64,000 nucleotides of DNA from Rebecca billardiae RCC1528. Its lineage: Eukaryota; Protista; Haptophyta. Shown piece by piece: positions 34,154 through 46,154 of this stretch (its first letter is position 1; the number at the start of each line of letters is the position of its first letter). A model generated the notes under the pieces. The model was not told where the DNA came from. It saw only the letters and a program-made list of their open reading frames with translations, and ran no database searches. The stretch lies in assembly GCA_965240325.2 (NCBI GenBank), contig OZ251227.1, positions 1,550,001 through 1,614,000 of the forward strand, given 5' to 3'. Position numbers and translations under genes: made by a program.

Positions 34154-35913
34154 TCAGATCGACTTGACGAAAGCGTCGATCTTGTCGGCCTGCTCGAGGA
34201 CCGCACGTGTGCTCGTGCCTCCCGTTGCGTCGCGCCTCTCCGCGGCCTTGTCGTAGTCCCATACCTCTGCGACGTCCGCCTCGAACAGCTTGCTGATCGT
34301 GCGCAGGTCGTCGAGGCTCAGGTCGGGCAGCTCGCACGCCTTCTCCTGCGCACGGGAGGGGGCGGGCGCACGCGCCGGCGCACGCGGGCGCGTCGACGAG
34401 GGTGCGCGCCTGCAGCGGGCGCGCGCGCGCGCGAGCGCGAGCGCGCTCCCATCGGCCGGGCCGGGCGGCGGCGCGCGCACCTCCGCCATCTTGACCGCCG
34501 AGCCCACCGCGTGGTGCGCCTCCCGGAAGGGCATGCCGCGCTTCACGAGGTAGTCTGAGAGGTCGGTGGCGAGGAGCGGCGGCGAGAGCGCGGCGCGCAT
34601 GGCCTCGGGGCGGATGGTGAGCGTGGAGAGCACGCCCGCGGCGATCTGCAGCGCGGCGCGCGTCGTCGCCGCCGTGTCAAAGAGCGCGCGCTTGTCCTCC
34701 TGCATGTCCTTGTTGTACGCGGTCGGCAGCCCCTTCATCATGCACAGCAGCGTGCTGTGGTTGCCCAGCACGCGCGCGCACTTGCCGCGCAGCAGCTCGA
34801 GCGCGTCCGGGTTCTTCTTCTGCGGCATGAGCGACGAGCCGGTGGAGTACGCGTCGGAGAAGCTGACGAAGCCGAACTCCGCCGTGCCGTACACGATCAG
34901 GTCCTCCGCGAACTTGGAGAGGTGCACCATGAGCAGCGTCGCCCACGAGGAGAAGTCGAGGATGAAGTCTCGGTCCGTGACCGCGTCGAGCGAGTTGGGC
35001 ATCGGCCGGGCGAAGCCGAGGTCGGCGGCGAGCGCCTCGCGGTCGATGGGGAACGGGTTGCCCGCGAGCGCGCCCGCGCCCAGCGGCATCTCGTTCACGC
35101 GGCCCAGCGCCTCCTTGAGCCGGCTCGCGTCGCGCTGCCAGCCGGCCGCGTGGTTGAGGATCCAGTGGGACCAGCGCACAGGCTGCGCGCGCTGCAGGTG
35201 GGTGTACCCGGGCATGAGCGCGGAGACCTCCGCGCGGGCGCGCTCGCTCGCGACGCGGAGCAGGTCCTGCAGTAGCCCGAGCTGCGACGCGCCCTCCTCG
35301 CGCAGCCATAGCCGCACGTCCGTCGCCACCTGGTCGTTGCGCGAGCGCGCCGTATGGATCTTGGCGCCCGGCGCGCCCACCAGCTCGGTGAGCCGGCGCT
35401 CGTTGGCCATGTGAATGTCCTCGTCGGACGGCTTGATCTCGAACTTGCCGGCCTCCCACTCCGCCGCCACCTTCTTCAAGCCCTCGCGGATCTTCTTGCC
35501 CTCCTCCGCGGTGAGCACCTTGGCGCGCTCGAGCGCATGGCTGCGCGTGCGCGCGAGCGGCGCGACGTGCGCGAGGCCGCGCCCGGCTGAGGGGAGGGCG
35601 TGCGCAGGCGGCCGGCCGCGGCCGCGCGGGGGGGCGCCCATCGCAGCCGCGCACCTGTACCCGCGCGAGCCCTCGAGGTCCACCTTCCACAGCACCTTGT
35701 CCTCGCCGATCGACGAGTTGAACGCCTCCATCACCGGGTCGACCGCGCCGGTGAAGCGGCCGCCCCACATCTTCTTCTCCTTGGCGCCTGCGTGCGGTGG
35801 GGCGACGGGGAGGCGACAGCATGTGGGCTCGCGCCGGCCGGCATCACGGCCGAGGGCATGCCGCATGCCGCACCATCAGCTGGCGGCGCATCGTTCTTTC
35901 GCTTCGGCGCCAT
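34154..35913 (-). CDS. argH: Argininosuccinate lyase (3 introns)
   Basis: MWGGRF, EDIHMANE, HTARSRNDQV, MPGYTHLQRAQP, GSSLMPQKKNPD, YNKDMQEDK; first exon MAPKRKNDAPPAD. Confidence 0.97.
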
Positions 35914-36261
35914 GCTTGTCGCGATTGCCGATTCGCGCCCGCGAGCACGTGGCGTCCGCGTCCGGCGTGGCCGTCGGGGGGCCGAGGTTGGCGGTTGGCG
36001 CAGCAGCTCGGACTCATTCTATGATTTAACGACACAGGTAGGACTCGCGCACACAGTCGGTGTCTCGGTCAGTGGTTTGAGGTTGGGTGAGGGTGGTGGT
36101 TGGTTGGGGGCTGGCCAGGGTAGGGCTGGAGGCTTCGGCCGCCAGCCTGATCACCCGGAGCCCGTTATAAAGGGGAATTTAAAAAAGTCGCAGAGACAGA
36201 GTTACACAGTTTACTAAGAATACTGTAAGAGACGCACACAGCTCGTCAGGCAGGCGAGATA

Positions 36262-36517
36262 CAGTTTACTAAGAATAAGAGACGCACACAGCTCAGGCAG
36301 GCGAGATTGACGCCCGCCAACTGTCACCGCCCATGAAGCCGTCGCCGATGGTAGCGCCGCCGGAAAAATTCGTTCAGCCGTCCGCCTGCGAGGCCTGGAC
36401 GAGGGCTGCGGCCGCCTCGCGGCGCGCATATTGAGAGTGACACAGACTATGCTGCTGTGCGGGCGTCAATCTCGCGCCTGCCTGAGCTGTGTGCGTCTCT
36501 TATTCTTCGGTAAACTG
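36262..36517. mobile_element. Tc1/mariner-type MITE (256 bp, ~56-bp TIRs), preceded by a degenerate extra left TIR at 36207-36260
   Basis: CAGTTTACTAAGAATAAGAGACGCACACAGCTCAGGCAGGCGAGATTGACGCCCGC and its near-perfect reverse complement; TA flanks at 36260-36261 and 36518-36519. Confidence 0.85.
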
Positions 36518-36675
36518 TACAGAGACAGAGTCACAGACTACGGTTACGAGCTACTGGCATGAGAAGACAGAGCATATAGGAGCAGCGCGGCGGCGACCGC
36601 GCAGCTCACAATTATTATTGATGCCGCCCGTGCCAGCACAGGCAGATTTCGTCGGCGCCGAACCGGATGTGATGA

Positions 36676-37145
36676 GGCTCCGGCTTCGGTCCACCCCCCC
36701 CAGTCCGGTCAGTGGAGCGTTACATCTTGACACCGTGCAATCGGCGGGATCGCCGCCTCTGATGATCTACAATAGCTCCTAGCCCACCCCAGGCGGTCCC
36801 TTGGACGATACTACGGCCACGGATGGATCATCAGCCACACCTCCAATAGGTTCAGACTCTAGTTTCTATAACTAAATACCCAGCCCGGGTATCATTTTCG
36901 CATATGTATACAGGTGTCCGGAACGCTCCCGGACTGTGCTGAAATCTGAGTCAGAGTAAGGGACGGGTAATTACATAGTAAAACTAGAGTCTGAACCTAT
37001 TGGGAGGTGGTCGGATGCGACATTTCTCGTTGAAGTCATCAATCGGGGGTCGGAAGGGCGGACTCTGCTGCATGGTCCGCTTGGTTGACTTCGGCTTGGG
37101 GCCAAGACGTAACGGAGCTGGGGGGGGTGGACCGGAGCCGGAGCC
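36676..37145. mobile_element. 470-bp non-autonomous TIR element with 4-bp TSD (ATGA) and an internal second inverted repeat
   Basis: Outer TIR GGCTCCGGCTYCGGTCCACCCCCCCCAG at 36676-36703 / 37118-37145; ATGA at 36672-36675 and 37146-37149; inner IR CACCTCCAATAGGTTCAGACTCTAGTTT at 36838-36865 / 36981-37009. Confidence 0.8.
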
Positions 37146-37579
37146 ATGATCATCAGATGATGTCGGCCAGTGGCAGGAGACGGCTGCTGGCAGGTATTAT
37201 CACTCCGCGGTTGCTGGTACAGTAGTGGTACATCAGCGGGCTCCCGACAGAGTCCCGTCGCGCGCGGCACTGAGGCCCACAGCAAAGCCGCTGCCGTCAT
37301 CCGTCTGCTCTGTGCTCATCCGCGCATCGCCTAGTTCCCCCCCCCAAGGGATGCCGGCGACGGAAGAAGGCCGCACCAGCGGCAGCCGCCGCCGCCCAGC
37401 ACCGCTGGCTTCGTCCCAACGCCTCCCCGCCGTCCCGGTACCGTACAACGGTGCTGTGACTGGCCCCTTGGGCAACTCGGGTCACGAGGGCGCGGCAGGA
37501 CACGACGGCTGGACACGGGGCCGCACACCAGACCGTGGACGCGCGCGGCGACGGAGCGCAGGCTGGCACGCTCGGCTCC

Positions 37580-39207
37580 TCAGCCGCACAGCGCCGGGTT
37601 GAAGTCCGGCTTGAGGTGCGGGTTCTTGCCGCACGAGGCGAGCTCTCGCACCGCGGGCGGCCAGCACTGCTGCCCCTTCCACACGAAGCGGTTGGTCGCC
37701 TGCTCCTTGTTGAAGCCCGCGTCGCAGTTGTGCATGCACACCTTCTCCATGTTCGCGTCGAGCGTGGAGGCGTCGAGCTTGTACAGCTCGCGCAGCTGCG
37801 CGGCGTACTCCGCGCCGCCCTCCTTCACGAGCGCGTCGAACCGGCGGCGCGCGTCGTTGTAGATCCAGTAGTCGAGCTCGAGCTGGTCGAGGAACCATTT
37901 GCGCTGGCCGTCTGTGGCGAGCTCGTCCGCCCAGATCTGCTTCACCTTGTCGCGGTGCACCTTGATGTCGCGGTTCTTCACGGTCGAGGGGACGGAGTAC
38001 TTGGAGAGGGGCATGCCCGTCGCACGCGCGATGAGCAGCATCGACGCCGTGTAGTTCTCGAAGAGCCCGATCACGTCGTACTTGTCCAGCTCGGTCTTGA
38101 CGTGCAGCTCGAGCTCCGTCCTGGGCGTGTGCGCGCGCTCCTTGTCGAGCAGCCGGGGCAGCAGGATGTGCCGCTGCAAGAACTGCGTCGTGATCGAGCG
38201 CCGGTTGAGCAGCGGGTTCTGCTCGGCGAAGTACTGCGTGAAGTTGTGGATGTGCTTGATGTCGAAGCCGCGCGTCGTCTTGTGGTACGAGAAGTGGCTC
38301 ACCTGCGGCGCGCGCCGGCGGAGGGGGCGCGCGGGGCAGCGCGCGGGGCAGCGCGCGGGGGGACGCGCCTCAGCGGCGCGCGGGGCGAGGCGCGCGGCTT
38401 GCGGCGCGCGCACGGCGCGGGGCGCGGCATCGCGTCCTCGCGTGCGCGCACCTGCCGCTTGAGCGGCTCCCGCAGGATCGTGACGAGCCACATGCCGCAC
38501 GTGCCGTGCCACGCGCGCACCATCGGCACCCACTTATCCATCATATGCATGAAGTCGCCGTGCTCCGCGTGGCTCTCGACGACGAGCTTGGGGAGCAGCG
38601 GGCTCTCGCCCTCGCCGACGGGCGGGCGCTTCCGCGGGTCCTCGATCATCTCGTACTCCGCCTTCGCCTTGTTGCATAGCCGGATCGTCCCCTTGTACCC
38701 CCACACGTGCCAGCCGCACGCGTAGTGCGCAATCATGTGCATGCGGAACGTGGTGCCGCCCGTCTTCTCGATGTGGCGGAAGAGCAGCATGCCGCAGTCC
38801 GGCTGGGTGGTGAGCACGGGCGCGAGCACGCTCAGATTCGACGCGGGCCGCCCGTCGTCCAGCGACACGGCGTCGAGGAAGGACGTCGGCGCCGAGGACG
38901 ACGATGTGTGCACCGACACGGTCGCCGGCTGCGGCCTCAAGGCGGCCGACTGTTGTGGCTGCTTCGCGGCGGCGCGGCCGTTCGCCGCCGCCGCGGCGGC
39001 GTCGCGCTTGATCGCGCGCACGCTCGAGTCCAGGAGCGACACCTGCGCACGCAGCTGCCGCAACTCCCCCAGTGCTGTCCGCAGCGCGTCGCCGTCTGAG
39101 TTCGCCTCGATCCGAGTCATCGACGCGGTCGGACCGGACATCTGCTGGACGACGGAGAGGACGAGGATCAGCGCGACGGCGGCGAGGACGGCCCACGCGT
39201 TCTGCAT
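37580..39207 (-). CDS. Golgi-type (type II membrane) sulfotransferase (1 intron)
   Basis: N-terminal TM and stem; 5'-PSB loop FRHIEKTGGTT; 3'-PB motif TILREPLKRQ|VSHFSY; C-terminal LDYWIYNDA. Confidence 0.85.
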
Positions 39208-39345
39208 GGTCCCCGCTTCCTGGCGCCCCGGGCCCCCGCCGAGGCGCTCGCAACGCCCAACGAGCGCTCTCGCGCAGCTGATGCAGGCGAGGCTCGGTGG
39301 GCGCCGCCCGAGGAGAAAGCAGCTGATGCATCTGCTCGGGGCACG

Positions 39346-40230
39346 ATGGCGGCGGCGTGCAGCGCGCTCGTAATTGCCGTGCTCTCGGCGAGTCACCCGG
39401 CGGCGTCGGCGCGCCCGTGCCCATGTGCGCACGCAGCGGCACATGCGTGCGCACAGACGTGCGCGCGCTCCGCGCTCTGCATCAGAGCGTCCTCGAGCAT
39501 GGCGGACTCGCCTCGCTCTGAGCGCGGTGACGTGTCCGAGTCCCTGCAGGTGTCGCCGCTGGTCGCGGTGCAGGGGATCCTTCGGTCGTCGACGATCGCC
39601 CTGACGGCGAGCTCGGTGCTGCTCTTGGCGCTCGTCTTCAACCGCTTCGTCGTCGACGAGGTCGCCAACAGCCAGAGCAGGAGCGACCTGCTCGCGACAG
39701 CAGCGATCGCAATCGTGGCCCTCAATGCACTCTCCTCTCTTGACATTGAGTCGCGCGTGGCTGACACGGCCGAGCTCATCGGGGCGCCCGTGGACGCCGA
39801 GCTGGGCGTCGATGGCACCGAGTTCAGCGGCGCGTCACCGTACTTGCGCTGGCTCGGGCAGACCCTCCTCGAGTGCACGCCCACCTCCTCGGTGCTCGTG
39901 TATGTGCGAGAGGGTGATCGCACGCTGCTGCGCTCCGGGTTGATGGGCACGGGCTCCAAGCGCGTCAAGGCAGGGGCGATCCTTGAGAAGAGCATGGCGG
40001 AGGATGTTGCGCGCGGTACGTACCTTGCCAGCCTGCAGAACTACCCCGGAAAGCTCGAGTTCAGCTACCTGCCGGCGAACACCCAGTGCGTGTTTGTGCA
40101 GCCGTTTGCTGGCGGCGCGGGCTGCGTGGTGCTCGGCGCCAACGCCGCGCGCTGCTACACCAACAAGCACCTCACGCGCGTGCAGCTGCTGGCCGACCGG
40201 CTCGGCGAAGAGCTCGGCCTCGCGGGCTGA
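39346..40230 (+). CDS. CCB4: Cytochrome b6 heme ci assembly factor, CCB2/CCB4 family (CCB4-like)
   Basis: LVFNRF..SQSRSDLL two-TM segment and YLASLQNYPGKLEFSYLPANTQCVFVQP motif; N-terminal signal peptide. Confidence 0.8.
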   Translation: MAAACSALVIAVLSASHPAASARPCPCAHAAAHACAQTCARSALCIRASSSMADSPRSERGDVSESLQVSPLVAVQGILRSSTIALTASSVLLLALVFNRFVVDEVANSQSRSDLLATAAIAIVALNALSSLDIESRVADTAELIGAPVDAELGVDGTEFSGASPYLRWLGQTLLECTPTSSVLVYVREGDRTLLRSGLMGTGSKRVKAGAILEKSMAEDVARGTYLASLQNYPGKLEFSYLPANTQCVFVQPFAGGAGCVVLGANAARCYTNKHLTRVQLLADRLGEELGLAG

Positions 40231-43200
40231 TATGGACGGCGCCTCCCGCGACTGCAACATCGCGCAGCCCCGAGCCGGACGGCCCAGGGCCAGGTGGCAG
40301 GTGCACACTGACACACGCGCGGCACGATGTTGGCGATGACCAGCGGCACGACTGTGTCACTGTGAGTGTGGACCGCCGTCGTAATAGTCATAATCTGAGG
40401 CTGACGCCCCCGACTGCCGCCGCCGCCGCCGCCGCCGTCGGGCCGTCGCCGATCGACTCACCGTCGACCGTGCCTATAATCATCAGCGATCTGGGTGCGC
40501 TGCACTACGGTCGCATCCCGGGCGCTCCCCGGCGCTCCGGACAGGTTGCACAGGAAACTGTCCTTGGTGTTACATTTCTCAGAGACGGCGCCTCTGAAGG
40601 ATGGCGCCCGCCCACTCGCCGCTCGTGGGTGGCGCGCGCCTCGCGTGTCGATGCAGCCCCGCATGATGACTAGCTGAATGCGCGTGTCGTCAGGACTTGT
40701 CCGCGTGCGCTACATCCCTTGAGCTAGCACAGCCGGGACACCCTCGCCGTCGGCAGTGACTGTCATCATCCCAGCACACGTCGCGTGATGAGACGGCAAA
40801 GCCACAGCAGCATCACCCTCTCGACCAGGATCATCAGGCAGCTGGAGACAGTCCTCCCTTCGACGCGTCTCGGAGCGAGCGCACACGCCCGGCTCTATCT
40901 GCTTCACACCGCCCGCGCCATCCGCCTCGAGCCCGCCAACGCCCGTCACCACGCGCAGTATGGCAAACCGTCATGATCGGACCGAGCTCGTCGACGAGTG
41001 CAGCCTTCGCCAGCAGTGCCGCGCGCGAGCATTCGAGTTCGACAGTAAGTCGTCAGCGACTTGTGGGCCGGCGGGGAGATCCACGCGTGGCATGATAGCA
41101 TGTAGGTCGTCAGCTCCTGCTCGGTGTACGCACGCGCTCTGCATCTGAACACTCGATAGAAGCTTTCGATGATCACCATCGAGCTGTCTACGTGAGCCTG
41201 TGCGACCGTCTGCGCAACACCTCGCGCCTCACCCTTGGTGCTGCGCTCACGCGAGACAAAGAAGGCTATGTAGGGCTCACTGACCATTCGTACAGTAAGA
41301 GCGTCCTTGCCGCAGCGAGTGACAGCTTCCTTCGCCCGCTCCTTAGCACTCGCCCTGCTGTTCTTGGGCGTGAGTGAGGCGTGGTGCCTCGTCAGCCTGC
41401 CGAGCAGTTCTTGTCGATGCGTGTCACAGCGCGGAAGCACGTGTGCGTTCGAGAGGCGTCGTGCGTGGATGCCGTTCTTCATGCTGACGACATAGACGGA
41501 CTGCGTAGCGGCCATCTCCTCATCCAAGGGCCTCGAGCATGCCACGACTCTGACACTTCAGCGCTCCGGCCGGCGCGCATGCACCATCAAGTGCAACCGA
41601 GCGATTGAGAGGTAGCCGCCGCCAGCTTTTCGACCCTCACCAACACGCGCTGGATGAACATTGCAAGGTTGTCGCATTCTATGAGTGTCGCGTGTCTCCT
41701 CCCGCGACTGTTGCTGCGCAACGTGATGTGCAAGACCAGTCGCGCGCGCGCTCCATCCAATGCATGCACAGCTGATGCATGGACGTGGCCGAGCGCAAGC
41801 ACGCACGCGCGAGTCGTAGGCTGCGAACGTCGTGTGCGGCCAGACTGCGATGTGCATGGCACGTATCCACCTTGCATTGCTACCTCTCTTCACACCGGGC
41901 CTGGAACTCTTCCAGGCTGAGACGGCCTGCTCTGCTGCCCTCTGCGACTCAGATGCCACGTGAACGTGCCGCGCGGCTGCGCGATGTCGCGATTGGAGCT
42001 CAAGGGTGGTTGACTTTCGGTACATGCTACTCAAGCAGGAAGAGGCCGATCGAGGCGCGGAGTGGCGCGCTGCACCCGCAACAGCGGGCATCGTGCAGCG
42101 CGCGAGAGCGCGCGCCGCTTCCGAGCGCACGGCGACGGCGCCATGTACCGAAAGACGGGTGGACAGGTCGCGTCCACTGGGAATGTAACATCTGTCAGTC
42201 GCGGGCGGTCATTTTTCCGTGCAACCTGTCTCGACGGCAGGCGCGGCCGTGCTGGCGCGTGCAGCTCCGCAGGTCAGTTGCCATGTGCATCATCGTAACT
42301 TACTTATTATATTTATTTCACTCATCAGGACGCGATATGCTATACTACGACGACTCTGCTACAGTACTATGACTGCTATAGTTAGTAGTTGAGATGACTA
42401 TACTGAGACTGCGGAATAATCGAACGACGGTACGTGACCGGCGCCTCACGAGTCACGTGACCGAGCGAGTAGCCGACGGTGACCGAGCGAGTAGCCGACG
42501 GTACGCACGACGACTCTGCCTGACTACTGTCAGCTGTCGTCGACTGACGACTCGTCAGGCTCCATGCATCAGCATCATATCGTCGACTATTTTTCGACTC
42601 TGCTCCGGTCAGTTCAAGACGTACTTGAAGTTAACCGGAGCGAGGCGCCGTCGGAATCCCTGACGAATGATGAAAGGTCCGTCCAATTCGCTAGTCTATC
42701 TACCATTACCAACCAATGCCCGCAATGGCGCGCGGTAGTAACATGTTAAGTAGCTTAACCGCGCACGGCGATGTCATCACTGAATCATCAGCACCGCCGT
42801 AGACGTAGTTCACCGCGGCGCCCGCGGCTGATGAGTCAGTCACGCCGGCCGGCCGCCACGCCCGCGGCCCGGCCCCGGCGGCCGGTGCCCGCCCGGCAGC
42901 CGCCGCCGCCGGCCGCCGGCCCGTGTGGCCCGTGAGGCGTGACTACTGACTGACAAGGGACGTGGTCACGGCGCCTGGTCCGTGGTCGGGCGCGGGCCGT
43001 GAACCGCTCTAGCTACTCGGGTTACTGAGTTACTCGCCGAGTCAACGCCGAGTCCGAGCTAGTGGGACAATCACTCCGCCGCGGGGCCGCCGCGGATGAA
43101 GCAGTAGTCCTATATTATTCGGCTATTGACTGACTTTCTCACTTCCATCAACTTTTACTTTAAAATTCATCAACTTGAACTTCAACGATGACGACTCGAT

Positions 43201-43379
43201 CTGATGAGGCCATCGCCGGGCCCGAGTCATATGCAGCGCAGCATGTCAGTCGTGTAGCCATCGTCATTATAATGGTGGCGCACAGGCAATGCGCCATCCC
43301 GTGACACTGCCACAACGGGCAACCGAAACGGCTCAGCCCCGAGGTCTGACAGCTCCGCTGTCGCTGTGACGATGACGCG

Positions 43380-44741
43380 TCACGCGACTCTCACGAGCTC
43401 GTCGTCTACGATGTGCCCGTCGACGCCGACGTAGTCCATGTCCACGTTCATGTCGTCATGGTCGTCGTTGCACGCCCGCATCCTGTCCTCTGCCTTGAGC
43501 AGCTTGACGATCAGGAAGCGCACGGCGCGCCGCAGCCGCAGCTCGATCACCTGCTCGCCTGACTCGGTGTTGAGCCCCTCCGCGAGCGTGCGCCCATCAT
43601 CAAAGGCGAAGGCGGCGATCGGGAAGACGTTCTCCGCCGCCCTCGAGCTCGGCGCCTCGACCTCGTGCACCCAGCCCTCCTCCGTGCGCGTGGTGTGCAC
43701 GATGCGCCCGATCCCCTCGAGGAAGCGCTCGTCGCCCATGAAGTCACCGCCTGCCACGAGCTCGTCGCTCGCGCTGTCCACGGCGGGCGCACAGCCCGCT
43801 AGCATGTCCTCCGCGCTGACTGGCCGCGTCGCGCCAAAGATGACGCCGTGCGAGACCGGGCACGAGCAAGAGGTGGGCCGGCGAATGTGCAGCCGCTCGA
43901 CGATGCCGATGGTCTGCGACGTCCTCGGTGCGGGCGTCGGCGCGGGGTCGAAGAGGAAGGTGCGGCCGTTGGCGCGCACGGCGCGGAGGCGCGACTGGCG
44001 CATCTGGCGGCGCGCCTGCCAGCGGTGCTCGATCTGCGAGCGGATCCGGCGGATCTTGAGGAGATGGTGGCCGCGCTCGATCGTGCCCGTGATGCCGTGC
44101 AAGAGGAGCACCATGTTGATCTCCGTCGCGGCGTAGAACGCCTCGTCCAGCACCTCGGGCGAGGCGGAGGCCAGCCCGCCAAAGCCGTGCACGGGCATCT
44201 GCCACTCGTCGCGCGCGATCACCTCGAGCCGCTGCAGCATGTACTCGCGGCGCGTGGACTCGTGCGCCTCGACGTCGGGGTCGTGCACGCCCACGAGCTG
44301 CCCGCCGCACACCACGTTCGCGCGGCCCGACGCGGAGCAGTAGAGCAGCCACGGCGCGGGCTGGAAGAGCGAGTCAACCCAGTACTGCAGGTCTCGCTCG
44401 CTCAGCGCCTCCGGCAGCTTGTCGTCGTCGACCTCGCCGCCGTGGTAGGGCGTGTCGATGCCGCCATCGGTGAAGATGCCGACGAAGCGGAGGCGCGTGG
44501 CGGGCTGCGAGTGCACCTTGCGCAGCACGGCGAGCGCGCGGCCCGAATCGCTCAGCGCGAGCCCGCAGAAGCGCCCGAGCAGATCCCTCCACAGCGAGCC
44601 GCTGCTCGAGGCGTGGGCGCGCAGCGCTGTGCAGGTCGAGACGAAGTACTGCGCGTCGCGCACGCTGAGCTGTCCAGCGATGGCGACGACGAGCTCGGGT
44701 GGCAGGTCGAGCAGGTGGCGCACCCGCTCCGAGTCGCTCAT
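43380..44741 (-). CDS. F-box protein with uncharacterised C-terminal domain
   Basis: LLDLPPELVVAIAGQLSVRDAQYFVSTCTALR..LWR F-box; intronless ORF with coding-like codon use. Confidence 0.82.
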   Translation of the reverse strand: MSDSERVRHLLDLPPELVVAIAGQLSVRDAQYFVSTCTALRAHASSSGSLWRDLLGRFCGLALSDSGRALAVLRKVHSQPATRLRFVGIFTDGGIDTPYHGGEVDDDKLPEALSERDLQYWVDSLFQPAPWLLYCSASGRANVVCGGQLVGVHDPDVEAHESTRREYMLQRLEVIARDEWQMPVHGFGGLASASPEVLDEAFYAATEINMVLLLHGITGTIERGHHLLKIRRIRSQIEHRWQARRQMRQSRLRAVRANGRTFLFDPAPTPAPRTSQTIGIVERLHIRRPTSCSCPVSHGVIFGATRPVSAEDMLAGCAPAVDSASDELVAGGDFMGDERFLEGIGRIVHTTRTEEGWVHEVEAPSSRAAENVFPIAAFAFDDGRTLAEGLNTESGEQVIELRLRRAVRFLIVKLLKAEDRMRACNDDHDDMNVDMDYVGVDGHIVDDELVRVA

Positions 44742-45167
44742 CCTGATGGGCGGCGAGTCGCACAGCCCGCTTCTGACCAAGGGGTTCTGACTGACGTGGT
44801 GTCGCGTCAGCGAGCTGTCGACAGGACTCGTGAGGACTCGCTTTGGTCCGGCGATTGCTGCACCAGCCAAAATGACAGTTGATTGATAATGATGACGTCC
44901 GATGACGATGACGATGCTGCCAGGCTCCTCGAACTCTACGACACGGCGACAGGGAGCAAGGCAGCAGCATCAGAGACTCGCCTCTTCCAAGGCTGGCGAA
45001 GCGGCGGTCCGGAAGCGGCCGCCGCGCACAGACTCAGACTGCTACGTGTCTCAGGGCTGATCAAGAGTTAATCATAGTGGGTCGCCCATGATTCAGACAT
45101 CCGGACTCCGGTTCCGGGACCTTGGACCGACGCAAGCCGCGAGCGCTCTTGTCCTCGATCGCAGGCT

Positions 45168-46088
45168 TTACTCAGCAGTGCGATCGCCCTCACGGCGGTG
45201 ATGATGGCGGTGCTTGTGTCCGCTCTTCTTCTCCTTGTCCTTCTCCTTCTTCTTTGCCTTCTCCTTGCCCTTGTCCTTGTGCGCGCTGCCCTTGCCCTCG
45301 CCCTCCGTCCTGTGCGCGTGCTCCCTCCTCCTCTTGCCACCCGAGCGCTCGTCCTCGGCGCCCTCGCGCCGCTTCGACTTGTGCCGGCCGTGGCGGTGCT
45401 CTCGACCGCCCTGCGCGGTGTCCCCCCCGCGCCTCGCCTCCCGCTCTCCGTTCGCGCCCTCCGCGCCAGCCGCCCCGCCGCCAAACTGCGCGGGGTCGTC
45501 GACGTAGTTGCGCATCGGGTCGTCCTCGTCCTCGAGCGTGGAGACGGCCTCGAGCGCGCGCTGCTCGGCCGGCGTGAGCTTGGCGCGCGCGCCCGGTCCG
45601 AGCCTGCGCAGGGCGTCGATGTCGATCTCGACGGGCGCCTCGGCTGCGGGCTCCGCGCCCGCCTCGGCGCGCGCGCCGTGCTCCTCGTCGGCGCGTGCGC
45701 CGGGCGTCGCCACTCGGTACTGGCGTGTGCTCGCGCCAAACGTGAGGACCGAGCCCTCCGAGATGGCGTGGTACTCGCGGGGCCGCAGCAGCTTGCCGTC
45801 AAGCCGCGTGCCGTGCCGCGAGCCGAGGTCGATCACGTACGTGCACTTCTTCAGGTCGTGCACGATCGCCGCGTGCCGGCGTGAGATGGACTCGTGATCC
45901 AGGGTGATCGCGCCGCACGTGACGCCCTCGGTGTTGCGGCCGAAGATAATGGCGCCGTGCGTGCTCAGGCCGATGTCGTCGAGGGCCCGCCCCTCCTTGG
46001 ACACCTTGAGCAAGAGCGGCCTTCCCAGAGGCACGGCCCACGAAGGTGGCGCCCAATCAGCCGGCGCTCGCGCGGCCGCCGCCGCCAT
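45168..46088 (-). CDS. FHA-domain protein (NIPP1/kanadaptin-like N-terminus) with Lys-rich tail
   Basis: PPSWA..IFGRN..LDHESISRRHAAI..IDLGSRHGT..FGASTRQY. Confidence 0.87.
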   Translation of the reverse strand: MAAAAARAPADWAPPSWAVPLGRPLLLKVSKEGRALDDIGLSTHGAIIFGRNTEGVTCGAITLDHESISRRHAAIVHDLKKCTYVIDLGSRHGTRLDGKLLRPREYHAISEGSVLTFGASTRQYRVATPGARADEEHGARAEAGAEPAAEAPVEIDIDALRRLGPGARAKLTPAEQRALEAVSTLEDEDDPMRNYVDDPAQFGGGAAGAEGANGEREARRGGDTAQGGREHRHGRHKSKRREGAEDERSGGKRRREHAHRTEGEGKGSAHKDKGKEKAKKKEKDKEKKSGHKHRHHHRREGDRTAE

Positions 46089-46154
46089 GCTGCGCCGGGC
46101 GACTCAAGCTTGAGTGCCAGCCCGAGCGGCCAGCAGACTCGCCGTAGCGGCGCG
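46089..46154. promoter_or_regulatory. Putative bidirectional promoter (66 bp between divergent ATGs)
   Basis: Divergent start codons at 46088 (-) and 46155 (+); the function is inferred. Confidence 0.45.

Noticed and set aside
34347-35655. Several stop-free introns of 3n length (argH, DRC12, GAPVD1-like, TPR-Kelch) as a possible regulated retention system
   Set aside because: About one third of introns are 3n by chance and GC-rich introns rarely contain stops; no evident enrichment.
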